A DNA stretch of 64,000 nt. It comes from Fistulifera solaris. Taxonomy: Eukaryota. The first letter of the stretch is position 1, and each line of letters opens with the position of its first letter. The stretch lies in assembly GCA_030295235.1 (NCBI GenBank), contig AP026130.1:372001-436000 (forward strand). Reading direction: 5' to 3'. Shown piece after piece: positions 13,806 to 25,821 of the stretch. A model generated the notes under the pieces. That model was not told the origin of the DNA. It made no database searches and saw only the letters and a program-made list of their open reading frames with translations. Position numbers and translations under genes: made by a program.

Positions 13806-13923
13806 TGAAAAGCATTTACAGAGACAGATACGATCAAATTGTACTCATTTAAAAGAAGATTCCTTTTTTCATAACAATAAACACGGACTACGAAAATCTA
13901 CTACAATGCCACGGTTGAGGCCA

Positions 13924-15528
13924 CTATGATCGGACCGGATCGTGAATCCATATATTAGCAAAGTATTTCTCACCCGCGATAACTGGAAGAGCAGCATGCT
14001 GCGTCAGATCATCGAGATTACCGTCTGGGTTTACCATGTAAAATATCATAGCTTTCCCTTTCTCGGGTTTTACTTTCAGGCTCTCGCCAGTTTCAGCATT
14101 TCTCCACCTTGGGAAAGAAGTTTCTCCCCCTTCAATAACATTATTTAAGTACAGGCACAAGTTGATTGATCGACCAGGGACATCAAGCGTCTCTTTTGGC
14201 ATAGAAAAGTCATGATGGGCTTGGTATTCTTGGCCAACATCATAATGCACAATTTGTAAATCCTCGTTAATACGACTGCGAGTAGGGAAGTTTTCGAGTT
14301 CATCAGCATCTCGATCACGAAGTAGCGCTTCATTGATACGTAATGCGTCTGCTACACGTCGAAATACGGCATCCACGATGAGGTCGCTGTTGCGAGAGAG
14401 CCAAGTTGTCGTGCTAGTCCGCGTAGATGAGAGATGCCCGTTTGTTGTGGATCGTTCTAGTTCTTTTGTTGAACAATATCCAGAATGTGGTCCACCTCGA
14501 TGTCAGAGAGGAAATTCTTAATCTCAAATGCTCTAGGTGCGCAAGAGAGCGCCTTGATGGTTATATTCATCAGCCCTGGTGATCTGTTCTCCGACAGAGC
14601 GATTGATTCATCTTCTCCGCGTCTCATATCAAATCGAGAAAGTTCGTAGATCTCCTCCGCTGGGGGAATTTCAATGAATTGTGTCTCTAATGTTTGGACA
14701 TAGTGCTCTTGTCCAAAATAATCGGCTCTCCAAATCTTGTGTCGCGGGGGATTTTTTGGATACATGGTCAACCATTCGGAACCGCCAGTAAACTTTTTGT
14801 AAACCTCTCCAAATTCAAGATTATAAACGTGTGCGTCATAGTGAGCTCGATCCTCCGCAGATAGCGAGTCGAGTGAGCGTCCTCCACCCTAAAAGCTGCT
14901 CCCCTCGTGCGCGAGCATCCGTGTGGAACTCGTAGGGTGGTAGGAATGGATCGCAATAGTAGACTGCCACATCCGGAACGATAGTCATTCTGCAAAGTAC
15001 CTCGTCTGGTTTTTCGGGCTTTGTAAAAATGAACTTGTGATTGGGAAAGCAGGATGTGCCCCCTGATGTCCACGGTCGGAGTGAATCGTTCAAAACCGGC
15101 CCAGAGGGTCCATCCCACCAAAGGTCAACACGCTCTGGACTCATATTGACGAACTTTCCAGCTTGTCCTCTAAAATCAGGTTTCTTCTCTCGACGACTGC
15201 CAGGCTCCTTACCATAAAAGGTAGAAATATCAGCTCTCACGTACGCTTTGAAATTGGTTCCTGGGATAAGTTGCAAATTGGGGTCAAGATCGTTATCCTC
15301 CTCGGTCTCGGGGACCACTTTCTCTTGGTCATCTTTCAACTGCGAATCAAGATAGCTTTCCAAATCAAACACACACATTTCCGCGTCATCATTGGTACAG
15401 TGACCTACAAGTGCTTCTGTCAAGACGGGCTGAGCGGCGACCTTGCGCGTGCCACAAAAGAGCAACGTCAGAGGAACGTTGACAAGAGTTGCGAGCACTG
15501 GAAGTGCCAAATAAGCGTTCCTTTTCAT
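13924..15528 (-). CDS. Secreted/ER prolyl 4-hydroxylase-like 2OG-Fe(II) dioxygenase (apparent frameshifts near 14890 and 14465)
   Basis: Signal peptide, FEIKNFLS, RTSTTTW, EDLQIVHYDVGQEYQAHHDF, YLNNVIEGGETSFP and HAALPVIAGEKYFANIW. Confidence 0.88.
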
Positions 15529-16076
15529 GATGCGATCGGGGTTACGCTGTAGGCTTTGATCGCAAAAACAAAACGGGATGAAAGAATAATGTCTGCTTTT
15601 GCATTGTTGCGGGTCTTATTTGTTTCTTTCGCTGGTTATACGGTTCGGATTGGTTAGACTGAAATTGTGGAGGGATTCGCTTTTGTGATCGTTGAAAACC
15701 TTGTTTTGGCTTGTTTTCGATCTTGTTGGGCCTTTAGTGCAAGTTAACGTCTCTAACGATACATAGGAAATTCGACCCTAGTCAAATGTACGATGAGCCG
15801 ACTATTTAACGTCCATCACAAAATACGTAGTACAGAAAGGTTACTACGTATGCATCACACCAACAAACAACGTTCATACTACGTACTACGTAGTCCACTA
15901 GGGGGTCGGGTCTAGTCTAGTACTCTGATGGAACGCAGACCGAATGAAAAATGAACCGTGCATTTTTTATATAAAAATAAGGAGTAATTTTTTTTGTATT
16001 GTCGCAATGCGCCACATCGAGAGAAACATTGAAGAAATTGAATAAGAATAGCGACTGTAATAAGATAGAAGCTGGA

Positions 16077-16968
16077 ATGCAAGACGGTACGGTTGAGTGT
16101 ATCAGTTCTTTCTCGAACGACATCGAAGAAGAATGTTCGGACACGGAGCAGCAAAAGAAGGGAAAATACAAGCACCGAAAACCAATTTGGTGGACTCCAA
16201 ATTTCGCGAAAGGGTTCTAAAGCGCAGCGTCGTGCTATCAAAGATATGGCAGATTATTTGCTACCGAGAACTGTCCATGGAACATTCATAGATTGGAATA
16301 CCTCCTTCGGTCGGGCTGAAACAGAGACTCTGAATATCTGGCTTGAAATAGGATTTGGAGCTGGCGACAATTTACTTCAACTCGCCAAGCAATATCCTGA
16401 CAAATATTTTGTGGGAGCCGAAATTCACCAGCCTGGGGTCGGTAAGATTATGCAAAAGATTAAGTACGGTACGGAAAACAAATGCTATTGGACGGGTTCT
16501 TGTCTATATTCTTCCGAAAACGATTCGAGACGTGCTGATGCGGACAGCGTACGCGGGGAGAATGTGGCAACGGAAAATCCTTATGGAAATGTACGGATTT
16601 ATCAAGGTGATGGGGTGCAGCTTTTGTCCAGGATTCCGAGTAGAACGTTGGAGGCTGTTCTCGTTACAAATCCGGATCCATTTCCTGATGATGATCAAAG
16701 GGAATGGCGACTGTTCCAAGTTCACACGCTTCTCGAAATAAGAAGAGTTTTGGTTCCATCGGGTCGGTTGTATCTCGCTACGGACCACGAAGGGTTCTTC
16801 TCGTGGAGTCACGACGTCATGAAGTCAACCAATACACAAGAAGAGGTTTTTCGGGCTATTGACCCTCTCCCCAGTAGACGCCTTTGGCTACCTGTGGTGA
16901 GTGAGTATGAGCAAAGAGGATTAGAGAATGGGAGAAAACCGCTTCTATCATGTTGGGAAGCGCTTTAG
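16077..16968 (+). CDS. trmB: tRNA (guanine-N7) methyltransferase TrmB-like (5' end uncertain, probable frameshift)
   Basis: LEIGFGAGD, FVGAEIHQPGV, PDPFP and LVPSGRLYLATD motifs. Confidence 0.85.
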
Positions 16969-17165
16969 AGAGTCGGAAGTCGGAAGTGGGTAATTCATGA
17001 TGCTGATGATGATTCGCGACAAGTGTTAGAGTTAAGGTTAGGGCCTCGATCCTCGATGATTCCCATTCCCATGTGCACACCGGTACGATTCAACTCAAAA
17101 TCCAACGGTCGGCAAGCTCACATTTTTGACATGTAACAATATCTTCGATGATATTCTCGAGATAG

Positions 17166-18389
17166 ATGAACAAGATGTGGAACCGTCATCATCTTTATGC
17201 CACAAAAGCCTCCAACATGGCGTCCTCAGTGACTCGGATAGAGAAATTTTTCGCCGTTTTCGTCATAGCCTTCTTGCTATCCACAGCCGACGCTGGAACA
17301 GGTGGAACTGTGAAGGGGGATCGCAAAAGAGAAAAATCAGAAAAGAATGGAAACTCCTCTTCTCGAAAAAAGGAGCGCAGCAGGAAAAGAAAAGGCAAAT
17401 ATTATACGCACGCACCATCACCTGCTCCATCAGCAATTCACGGTGACTTTCAAGGCATTTCTTCTTTGGCAACAGAGACCTTAGCCCCTTCTGAATGGAG
17501 TCATATTTTTCCGTCACCACAGCCTTCGCAGACGCCATCTCATGATGGACTTGACGACGAGCCCGTGCGACCTCGGGAATCTGTCGCTATTTCTCTTCCG
17601 CGTATGGAGATGGACGTATTGACTGCAACTAATGAGCGCGAAATAAACGTTATGGAATACCACGAAATATTTCACACGTTTTTGACGGAGCATTTCAGCT
17701 CGTCACTTTCTGGTACCTTTGATTATCTTGAGCTTGATATGTGGTCCACGAACATAACACGGCATACATTTTTTGGAGATGTCTATGTGTTCACGAAAAA
17801 CGAATCGACAATGAAAGACAGTATCACAACCAACCTCGTCACCCTTTTTTTCCTTTTGGGGATACGATGAATTGAAGATTGCTCTACGAGAAGCCGGTAT
17901 AGCAGTATCACAGATCGGTATGCACATAGATGGCACTCCCGTTGTCCCAAATGATGGTCTCTTGGGAGTCACTGATGACAGAAAGGAAGAGCAGCATTCA
18001 CCTAAACAAGCAGCTCTGATATCCATTGTCGTATTTGCCACTGGGTTCTCAGCTATTGCTTTTGTCTTCTTCCGGACAAAAGGAACACATCGAGAATAGA
18101 CGAGCTCTTCCTCGAAAGAAGCACAGCTGGAGAGACGGTCGTCGTTCGAATTGGAAACGCTGTTAATGCGTGCGAAGGCCACGATGCATCAATGTCCCTG
18201 GAAGACAACGGTTCACTTGCAGCTAGCTACGAATCCATTCCAGTTTACAGATTCGATGAGAGTGCTAATGAAACTGATTCGAGATTACTCGATGTCGTAA
18301 TTCGGTCTCCGCTGTCTTGTCGATACGATCCGAGACGACTGGATCGCGTAATTTCAAAGGCAAGACGGACAACCGATCAAGATTCATGA
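17166..18389 (+). CDS. Hypothetical type I membrane protein (signal peptide, P/S-rich linker, one TM), frameshifted
   Basis: Consecutive ORFs 17166-17870, 17872-18099 and 18192-18389; hydrophobic leader, PSPAPS/PSQTPS repeats and TM ALISIVVFATGFSAIAFVFF. Confidence 0.55.
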
Positions 18390-18845
18390 AAGGGATAAGG
18401 GCAATTTTGTTGTTTGCTTCAGCTGTGTTCTAGTTTCTGTAAAAGTAATTGAAGAGTAGTCTAGACTTACATTGCAATGATTCATAGCCTTACCCTGTAC
18501 TGTACAACGTACCAACCTAAAGACTGTAGACCTTGTCTTTTTTTATAGAAAAATACAACTGTGAGCTTCGAGTTTTGCCTCGGTTAAAGATTAAGGACGG
18601 TTGGGTTTGGGGTTAGGCGTCCGGAATCTGGAATGCAACAACTGACAAAAAACATCGGGGCTCCAACAAACCAAAATAATGGAGAGCGAACTTCGTCGCT
18701 CGCTCGTCGTCGCGCTCGCGTCTTGTCGCGTGACACGTGACACACACAGCAAACAGCGCACCGCGCTGTGTTTATTCATTCCTAGTTTTTCGAAGATTTC
18801 AGCACCTGCGTTCCTATTCTTATCGCACATTGCCTTGAATCAATA

Positions 18846-19661
18846 ATGTCTAGATCGGTTTTTCTTGCCGGAAGTGCCTTATTCGTCGCCGGGCTGGGCT
18901 ACAGCCTCCTTTCCTCCAGTAAAGATCGAAGTGCTGATCTTGCAGAAATTGACGAAGATGATTTTATTACGGAAGTAGAAATCGTCGAAATTTTTGACGC
19001 TCTGTTCTTGCAAACACAAGATATCCTTTCGAAAATAATGCAGCAAATTCAAGCCCTTCAAATGGCAGGTCAGAGCATCCCCGAAGCGCAGCTGAAGGGG
19101 CTGCTAAAGATGGAGATGGAACGTGCTTTGATGGATCGACAGAAGAAGCTACTTGACCAGTTCGGTTTCGATTATGATTGCTTAGAAGAGGCAACTTGGG
19201 AATTCCTCGAGGATGAAGAGAAGCACCCCAAAGTTAAGAAAGCTGTTGATCGCTTGCAAAAACTATGGGAGAGTACAACGGGAGAACCAGTAGCGGGATG
19301 GAGACCGGGCAAAACCATGCAAAGTGCCATTGCCGCCGAGGACTTGTTGCCTCCTGATAGACTAATCGAAGTCGCAGAGAAATACTTTAGCGCCCTCACG
19401 CAATGTATGCGCGAAATAGTTGATCGCTACAAGGCGGAAGGCAAAAGTTTGCAAGATCCGATGGTACAGCAGCTCCTCAACCGCGAATTTGCCGAGAAAG
19501 CGAATGATGCAGGTGAAGAAGCAATTGGAAATGAGGGAATTTCGATGAGCGTTTTTGAAGGATCCATCAAGGAGCACTCGAACAACCCGAATGTCGGACG
19601 TGCCTTGGGTATGCTTCAGATGCGACAGCAACAGGAGCTTATGTCTTTGGGGCAAGGCTAG
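18846..19661 (+). CDS. Hypothetical protein with an N-terminal membrane anchor
   Basis: Clean 271-aa ORF with a hydrophobic N-terminus and an acidic helical body. Confidence 0.7.
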   Translation: MSRSVFLAGSALFVAGLGYSLLSSSKDRSADLAEIDEDDFITEVEIVEIFDALFLQTQDILSKIMQQIQALQMAGQSIPEAQLKGLLKMEMERALMDRQKKLLDQFGFDYDCLEEATWEFLEDEEKHPKVKKAVDRLQKLWESTTGEPVAGWRPGKTMQSAIAAEDLLPPDRLIEVAEKYFSALTQCMREIVDRYKAEGKSLQDPMVQQLLNREFAEKANDAGEEAIGNEGISMSVFEGSIKEHSNNPNVGRALGMLQMRQQQELMSLGQG

Positions 19662-19771
19662 GTCAAAGGAGCTTGACTACTGTTCTTCATCTAACAATTG
19701 ACAAACTAACTTAAAATCTACTTGACCTTTTTATGCGATCCGAATATTTTTTTGATGGGTGCTGCCTGATG

Positions 19772-20671
19772 CTACGGCTTCACAGCTTCTGCATCGCGTG
19801 TGAGAATAAACAAAGTGCCTTTATTCCCACGTCCTATTCTCAAAGAATCGTCGATGTACGTTGTTTCCAACCATCCATTATCCGAAGTTCCTTTCACAGC
19901 GGCCAGAACCAAAAATAGAAAACCCAGGTTCAGAGTAATATTTCCACCTAGCAGTTTGATTTCGACAGAATCAAACCCAACGACGGCTCGAATTGGCACG
20001 GTAGAAGACTTTCGAAATGTACCCTCGACTTTGATAGAGTTTCCCTTATCGTCTAGTGAAATTAGATTACAAACCCGAGAATTCTTGATATCGAAGATTT
20101 GCCGAACGACACGATTAGACGTGTCTACTTTTATTCCAGCAGCATTTACTGAGCCCTCTGCTTTGAAAGACGGTGTCTTAAATTCAGGCTCGTTTGGGGA
20201 GCCTCGAGCTGGTTTCCAGCTGTCAGGAAATTTATCGTCATCGCCAACTTGACTAGGACTTGTATACTGGAGGTACCAAACTCCATCAAGTTTTTGAGAT
20301 TCATTCGGATCGCTCAGAATATTGGTGCTAGCGGGTTTCTCTGTTTCTAGGCTTCTGACGATCGCGAGCACCTTGCTTTGCTGCTCTGGGGTTGCTGTCT
20401 TGCCATTGCTCGTGAAGGACGCGGCAGCTAAGAGTTCCGTTTTCTTATACAGCAATAGGAGGAGGAACAGTACATTAGTCACTCAACAAAAGAAAACGTA
20501 ATAATATCCCTGTAAGGCTGAGCAAGAAAAATCTCTTTGCGACGACAATGAATCTTACTTTCAGCAGCGTTGGTTGTGAAATCCCAAATAATTTTGTCAA
20601 ATCAAAAGCAAGTGAATGTGCTTTGAGAAGTGTGAAGAATGCGACAAGCAAAGAATACTTTTTCCACCCAT
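19772..20671 (-). CDS. PAP/fibrillin family plastid lipid-associated protein; probable intron 20444-20558
   Basis: LDGVWYLQYTS and GWLETTYIDDSLRIGRGNKGTLFILTR; upstream exon encodes a signal peptide ending in SLAF (needs one A restored near the ATG). Confidence 0.85.
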
Positions 20672-20845
20672 GATGCTATTGCGGGTGAAAACCAGTCCAG
20701 GGTTTTTTGGACAGAACGAAGGCGGCACCGTTTGTAAGTGACCTGCTGTGAACCTCATACGCCCATGCAAAAGCAAAGGGTGTCGAATGATTGCAATGCC
20801 ATGCAAACTCTGACTCACATAAAAATAACAACCAACAAAAATGAC

Positions 20846-20917
20846 TACACCCAGTGTGGTTCGAACACACGACCTATTGCGTGTAAGGCAACCGCTCTTC
20901 CACTGAGCTATGGGTGC
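20846..20917 (-). tRNA. tRNA-Val (anticodon TAC)
   Basis: Cloverleaf: acceptor GCACCCA/TGGGTGT, D-arm GCTC/GAGC, anticodon arm GTTGC-CTTACAC-GCAAT, T-arm GTGTG-TTCGAAC-CACAC; followed by a TTTTT Pol III terminator. Confidence 0.95.
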
Positions 20918-22429
20918 ACAAACCATACGGTGGTTTTAATGCTACATCATTGAACAGAGTACTCACGGAAATTCAAGCTGGGGACACTCCGGTACAGGTA
21001 ATAAGGTAGACCAACTATTCATTCGGTCTCTCTAAGCTTGGCAAGGCCTGCCGTCGTCCTTTGTCGAGTACAGCGTGATTTGATTCCTGCCGTACTGTAT
21101 GAGGAAATACCCCGGTCGCGGTGTGTTCCCACACCGACTAGTGCTAACCGGGCCTTTGGCTATGTCGTAGATCTGGATTAGTCATGAGTATTAAATCATG
21201 AGTGATGTGATCCTCAACTCTATTAGAGAGTATTTATGCGTGCAGCAAGCATACAATGCATAGACAAGCAGACGCGTAGACGATGCTTGAAATTTAAGAC
21301 TAAGGATAGGAATCTTTAGTGATGAAACACAGACACGGAAACTGTACGTGTTGTACAGTCAGACTATGTCACGTGGCTTCCGCATACCGCGAGCGCTCAT
21401 GGAACTATGTGTGAACGGATCAAGAGATCTAAGTATAGATTCCATTGGTATGGCACGACGTCGGCCAACGGCGTGCAACGGATAGTCAGTCTTGCAGCGG
21501 ACAGAACGAATTCTAAATAATAAAATTTCGTGTTGCCAGGCGATCACTTGGGTGAGAGTGTACATAAGGATTTCGTGACTGGAACAAGACTGAGAGTTGA
21601 GGAGTATCAGTCCCAACAAATAATTGAGCGAAAAGACTTAGGAGTTCTTTTCTGTTGAGCTACGAGAAAAGACTGACTCAGCAGTTTTTCTTCTTCTACA
21701 AGTCATAAGGGTAATTCATTACTAGCTCACAACTTTTACCGTGCGTAACCTTTGCATGTGTTGTTGTCGTCTTTATTTGGAGATCTTTATGTGACCCTTC
21801 TGGGACGTCAAGTCCGCAGGAAGGAGCATAGGGCAGGCTAGCATTTCGGCCTCGTGCCGGAGTGGGGGTCCGTCCTTACTGGGGATCGGTTCATTCGGTA
21901 ATTCGGGCTTGGCTTCCGTTTCAGCGTCTTGGTCTTCTCTTCTTTTCCGCAAAGTACGCACTTATAATTTCCCTTCAAGTTCTAGCGAACAAACAGTTCA
22001 CCCAACAACATGATATGGACAAATTATTCCAAAAGGAGCATACTTTCACTCAAAAACTATCACCATCCTTCATTTGTATGTTATGAAAAAAGCTTACGAT
22101 GACAGACCAGCATGGAATTTCGACACGGGATTTATCAATTGACTCATGATCATCCTAGCTCGTTTCTCACTCATGCGCATCGGTACCCAGTCTACTATTC
22201 GTTAAATAGCACCCGCTTTGTCTCCGGTATAGGCGAATTCTATCGTGGGCGGTGCATAAATGGCAGCCTCCTAGCCCCCTGGAGCCCCTTAATCCAACCT
22301 ATTCCGGTGGCATGGTAACATTTCGCCGACGTTTTGCGGGAAAAGGTTGCAGAGTGAGAGTGAGGAGGCCAACTTCCTGTTCGCAAAGGGCCAAATATAA
22401 AGAGGCGTAACAAGCTAGCGAGTATCACA

Positions 22430-22704
22430 AACACAATCCTAAACATTTATTCCTAATTTTCCTAAAGTCCGAATGAATTTTCTCATTCGACTGAATTTCC
22501 ATCCCGACTCCGATCTGGCACTTTGCCGAGTGAGTTCTACGAATTGAAAGCCCTAGTGCTAGTGGAGGGCAAGTCGAGAACCCGTTTCCCAATGAGGGGG
22601 GAAATCGTCTTGGCATTCCTTCTCTTGGATTCCGAAGAAGCATACTAACCGACCGAACCAGAGAAAGACTCATGCGCGCTCTGATGAACTTACAAATCTC
22701 TGGG
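22430..22704 (+). repeat. Repeat copy A, left arm of a long imperfect inverted repeat
   Basis: Reverse complement aligns with 25052-25348, with scattered substitutions and an internal deletion. Confidence 0.9.
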
Positions 22705-22819
22705 TGAGTTTTTTTTTAAATCAACAAACACAAACTAAATATTTAATTCCTAATTTTCCTAAAATATATTTTGAAATTGCCGTATTTTATTGTAAAGAAG
22801 TGTATTTTTTAAAATCCCA

Positions 22820-23003
22820 ACACAATCCTACAATCCTAATTTCCTAAAGTCCGAATAAAAGTTTGACATTCAACCGAATTTTCAACTGTTTTTTACTCTT
22901 TTGTCACAAATATTCCTATTCCGATCTGGCACTTTGCCGAGTTAGTTCTTGGACTCGATGGCCTTGGTGCTAGTAGAGGGAGAGTCCGAGGCCCGTTTCG
23001 TAA
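22820..23003 (+). repeat. Repeat copy B, partial direct copy of the same element
   Basis: cacaatccta..cctaatttcctaaagtccgaat..ttccgatctggcactttgccgag..gtgctagtagaggg..cccgtttc matches A and the reverse complement of C. Confidence 0.85.
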
Positions 23004-25051
23004 TCGAGATCGCCGCTCAAATTGGTCAGAATTAAGAGTGGGGTTGTCAACATTGACTACCTACAGACCTTCATTATGAAATATTAGGAAAAAATATTTA
23101 GGATTGTGTGTTCGCATTTGCTTTGGATAGAAAAAGTGCTTTTTGCAGTAAGTCATGCTGGTTATCATAAGTGCCTCGAGAAGAAAATGAAGCCGTTAAA
23201 CTCACTCATAGCGACGAAAGCATTCATTGATTGGTTTTGGTTGTTGACAAATAAATGGTTTCGATACATCACCAGCGGCGGCGAACGTTACGTTAGTAGA
23301 TGTTGTCTTTTTAAAATTGAACAAAGGTATCGAAACGATGGTTAGCTGGGATGGTTGGCTTTTCCCAAAGTCGCGTGTTATGGTATTAGACCTTGGTTTC
23401 CTATAATAAATTTCAATAATAAAGCAGAAAAGCAGACTGAGTATGCTTTGCAAAATAAGAGTGAAAAAATTCCGACTATCCAGTCAAACGAAAGGCTAGA
23501 GAAATAACGAGACATGCTTGATCCAACAGCAGGAAGAACCTCGCCAAAGGTTGCCAGAACTTTTTTTAAGGTTTGATATGTAGTATTATTTAGTTTTTCA
23601 GTGCACCTCTCCCATACAATTTCTGAATCGCCGATTAAGTACGCCGGATGAATCCACCAGCTCTACAATCAATATATGTAACGAAGCCACCTTACTCAAA
23701 GATTCTACTGCACATGCTATACTTAGTTAATAATATGAGCGAAGCAAGCTAAAAAAATTAATTCTTTTCTAAATTATAACGTCGAATTTCTTTTGCGGCG
23801 AAGTGGTGTAGATTGCGCTCATCTCTCACATAGTCCAGCCGCTGCCTGGGTATCGGGGCTCTGTTAGAGTCTCCTAGCCCACGAAAGCCCGCAAGCCAAC
23901 CAACCATCCGCCCCTATTTTCTTGATTTTTCAGTTGGCAAGCATTTCTTTCGGACTACGCTCAAAGATTCTACTTGACGGTTGAGGCTTGGGATGTATTA
24001 ACGAGAATGAATACTGATGCATCAATGGATTTTGAAGCGGACATGAGACTTTCCGCATCTTGTCGCTGCACCGGAAACAGCACGACAAGCCCTCATGGTG
24101 ATTCGTAAACCAGTACCAGTGATTGATCAAAAAGCTTATAAAATTTATATAGGAACACGCTGAATCTATATGCTTTCAAAAAGGAACAGGTGTCGCAGAG
24201 AGTCGCAATAAAGTGTTCAACTAAATGAAGGGAAAGAAGCTTCTAGAATTGGAAAATGGTGAAACTAAGTGAGCCGACACAAAATGTACATTGTTCATAT
24301 ATAGCAACCTTTAAACAGATGCCGGAACGTACGGAAATTCTTGATGCATTTAAATATCAGCCGGCTTAAGGGAACAAAGATGCACACACAAGAAAAGAAA
24401 GCAAGATTGAAGGGTTGGATCGGTCATGTATTTTAAGTATGAATAATCCGAAAGACTTGTTGCAACAATGACGATCTTCGTCTTTGAAGCTTGGTTTTAT
24501 TTCTTAATTTCATCATTCAGCGGGTCGACATTATCAAAGTTTCCAAATTCGGTACTTTTAAAGCTATTTTTTTAATTACAATCCAACAAAATGATAAAGT
24601 TCAATAGCATATTGATTCGAAGAGTCCTCATCTACGTTTCACTTCATCGTCTTTTACATTCTTCACGTTCTGCCTTAGAAAGTAAAGGGTCACGGGATTC
24701 CATTATCGATTCCTTTCATGAATCGTTCTTACATTATTGAGACCTGCATCCCTCTCATTTTTCATCGTAGTCTTTAAAAAGCCATAATAACTTATTTTCA
24801 TCTTAATCATGTTATGCATTCCTTGTGAAGAGTCAAGTCACTCTGTTTTCAATTTATTAAAAATAGAACTACACCACATCATTTTTTGTTCTTGAAAGAT
24901 GTACCAGTGTGGAAGTCGGATGACACTACTTCGGAGTTATTGTAGGAGATACAGAGATCATTTTTGTTTCAATCGCGGTCTTGTAGTGTTCGTTTTTTCC
25001 CTCGTTTAGACTAAGCTCTTGTTTTGCGTTCACCGTTTTGCAGAAAATGCT

Positions 25052-25348
25052 CAGAGATTTGTGGGTTCATCAGAGCGCGCATGAGTCTTTCTCTGGTCCG
25101 GTCAGTTAGCATGCTTCTCCGGAATCCAAGAGAAGGAATGCCAAGACGATTCCCCCCTAATTGGGAAACGGGCTCTGGACTTGCCCTCTACTAGCACTAG
25201 GGCTCTCGAGTCTTAGAACTTACTCAGCAAAGTGCCAGGTCGGAATCGGAATATTTGTGACAAAAAGTGAAAAATACAGTGGAAAATTCCGTTGAATGTC
25301 AAAAATGCATTCGAACTTTAGGAAATTAGGAATAAATATTTAGGAATT
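25052..25348 (-). repeat. Repeat copy C, right arm of the inverted repeat
   Basis: cagagatttgt..catcagagcgcgcatgagtctttctctgg..aaagtgccag..ttaggaaattaggaataaatatttagg is the reverse complement of copies A/B. Confidence 0.9.
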
Positions 25349-25821
25349 GGTATAAACCTTGAAAATTGGGTCAGAACTCGAATTATTATCCGAAATTTCG
25401 GTCGAATGCGAAGTGGAGTCCTGAGTTTGGGAAAACATCGGGATTGGCTTTTTGGGAATTTGTTTGATCACATAGCTTTGCCTAGTCGAGTTTCGGGTTC
25501 AGCCGGCCATTCAGATCGCCGTTTTTAATTACAGTAGGTCACTGTAGAAGGTTCTGGCTTAAGAGGTTTTGCTGCGTAGCAGGGACAACCGCGCTTGGGT
25601 GTTTTAACCTTGCAATCGAAACATTGTCTCCGTGACACTGTCTGCATGCTGCATGTTGAAAGTATACCCTGAAAACAACTGCCATGCTTTCGGCCTAAGC
25701 AGCGCCAAACTGGCTACGGTTAGCCTAAAAACGCAGACTGCATCGTAGCTCTTAACGCGAAAAAGATTTCAAAAAACACGATATAGTAGATGCGATTATT
25801 CTAAAAAAAATAATACAGAGT

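Noticed and set aside
21630..21675. Small imperfect hairpin (agttcttttct..agaaaagact)
   Set aside because: Short and low complexity, so compatible with chance; no RNA family recognised.
22425..22673. 82-aa ORF in repeat copy A as a genuine gene
   Set aside because: The frame is not maintained in copy C (indel and early stop) and there is no recognisable motif; kept only as a weak finding.
24600..24780. Possible decayed coding fragment on the minus strand (e.g. DPLLSKAEREECKRR)
   Set aside because: Short, interrupted by stops and not assignable without a translated search.
22430..25348. CRISPR array or autonomous transposon
   Set aside because: No regularly spaced short repeats with unique spacers, and no intact transposase or reverse transcriptase ORF.
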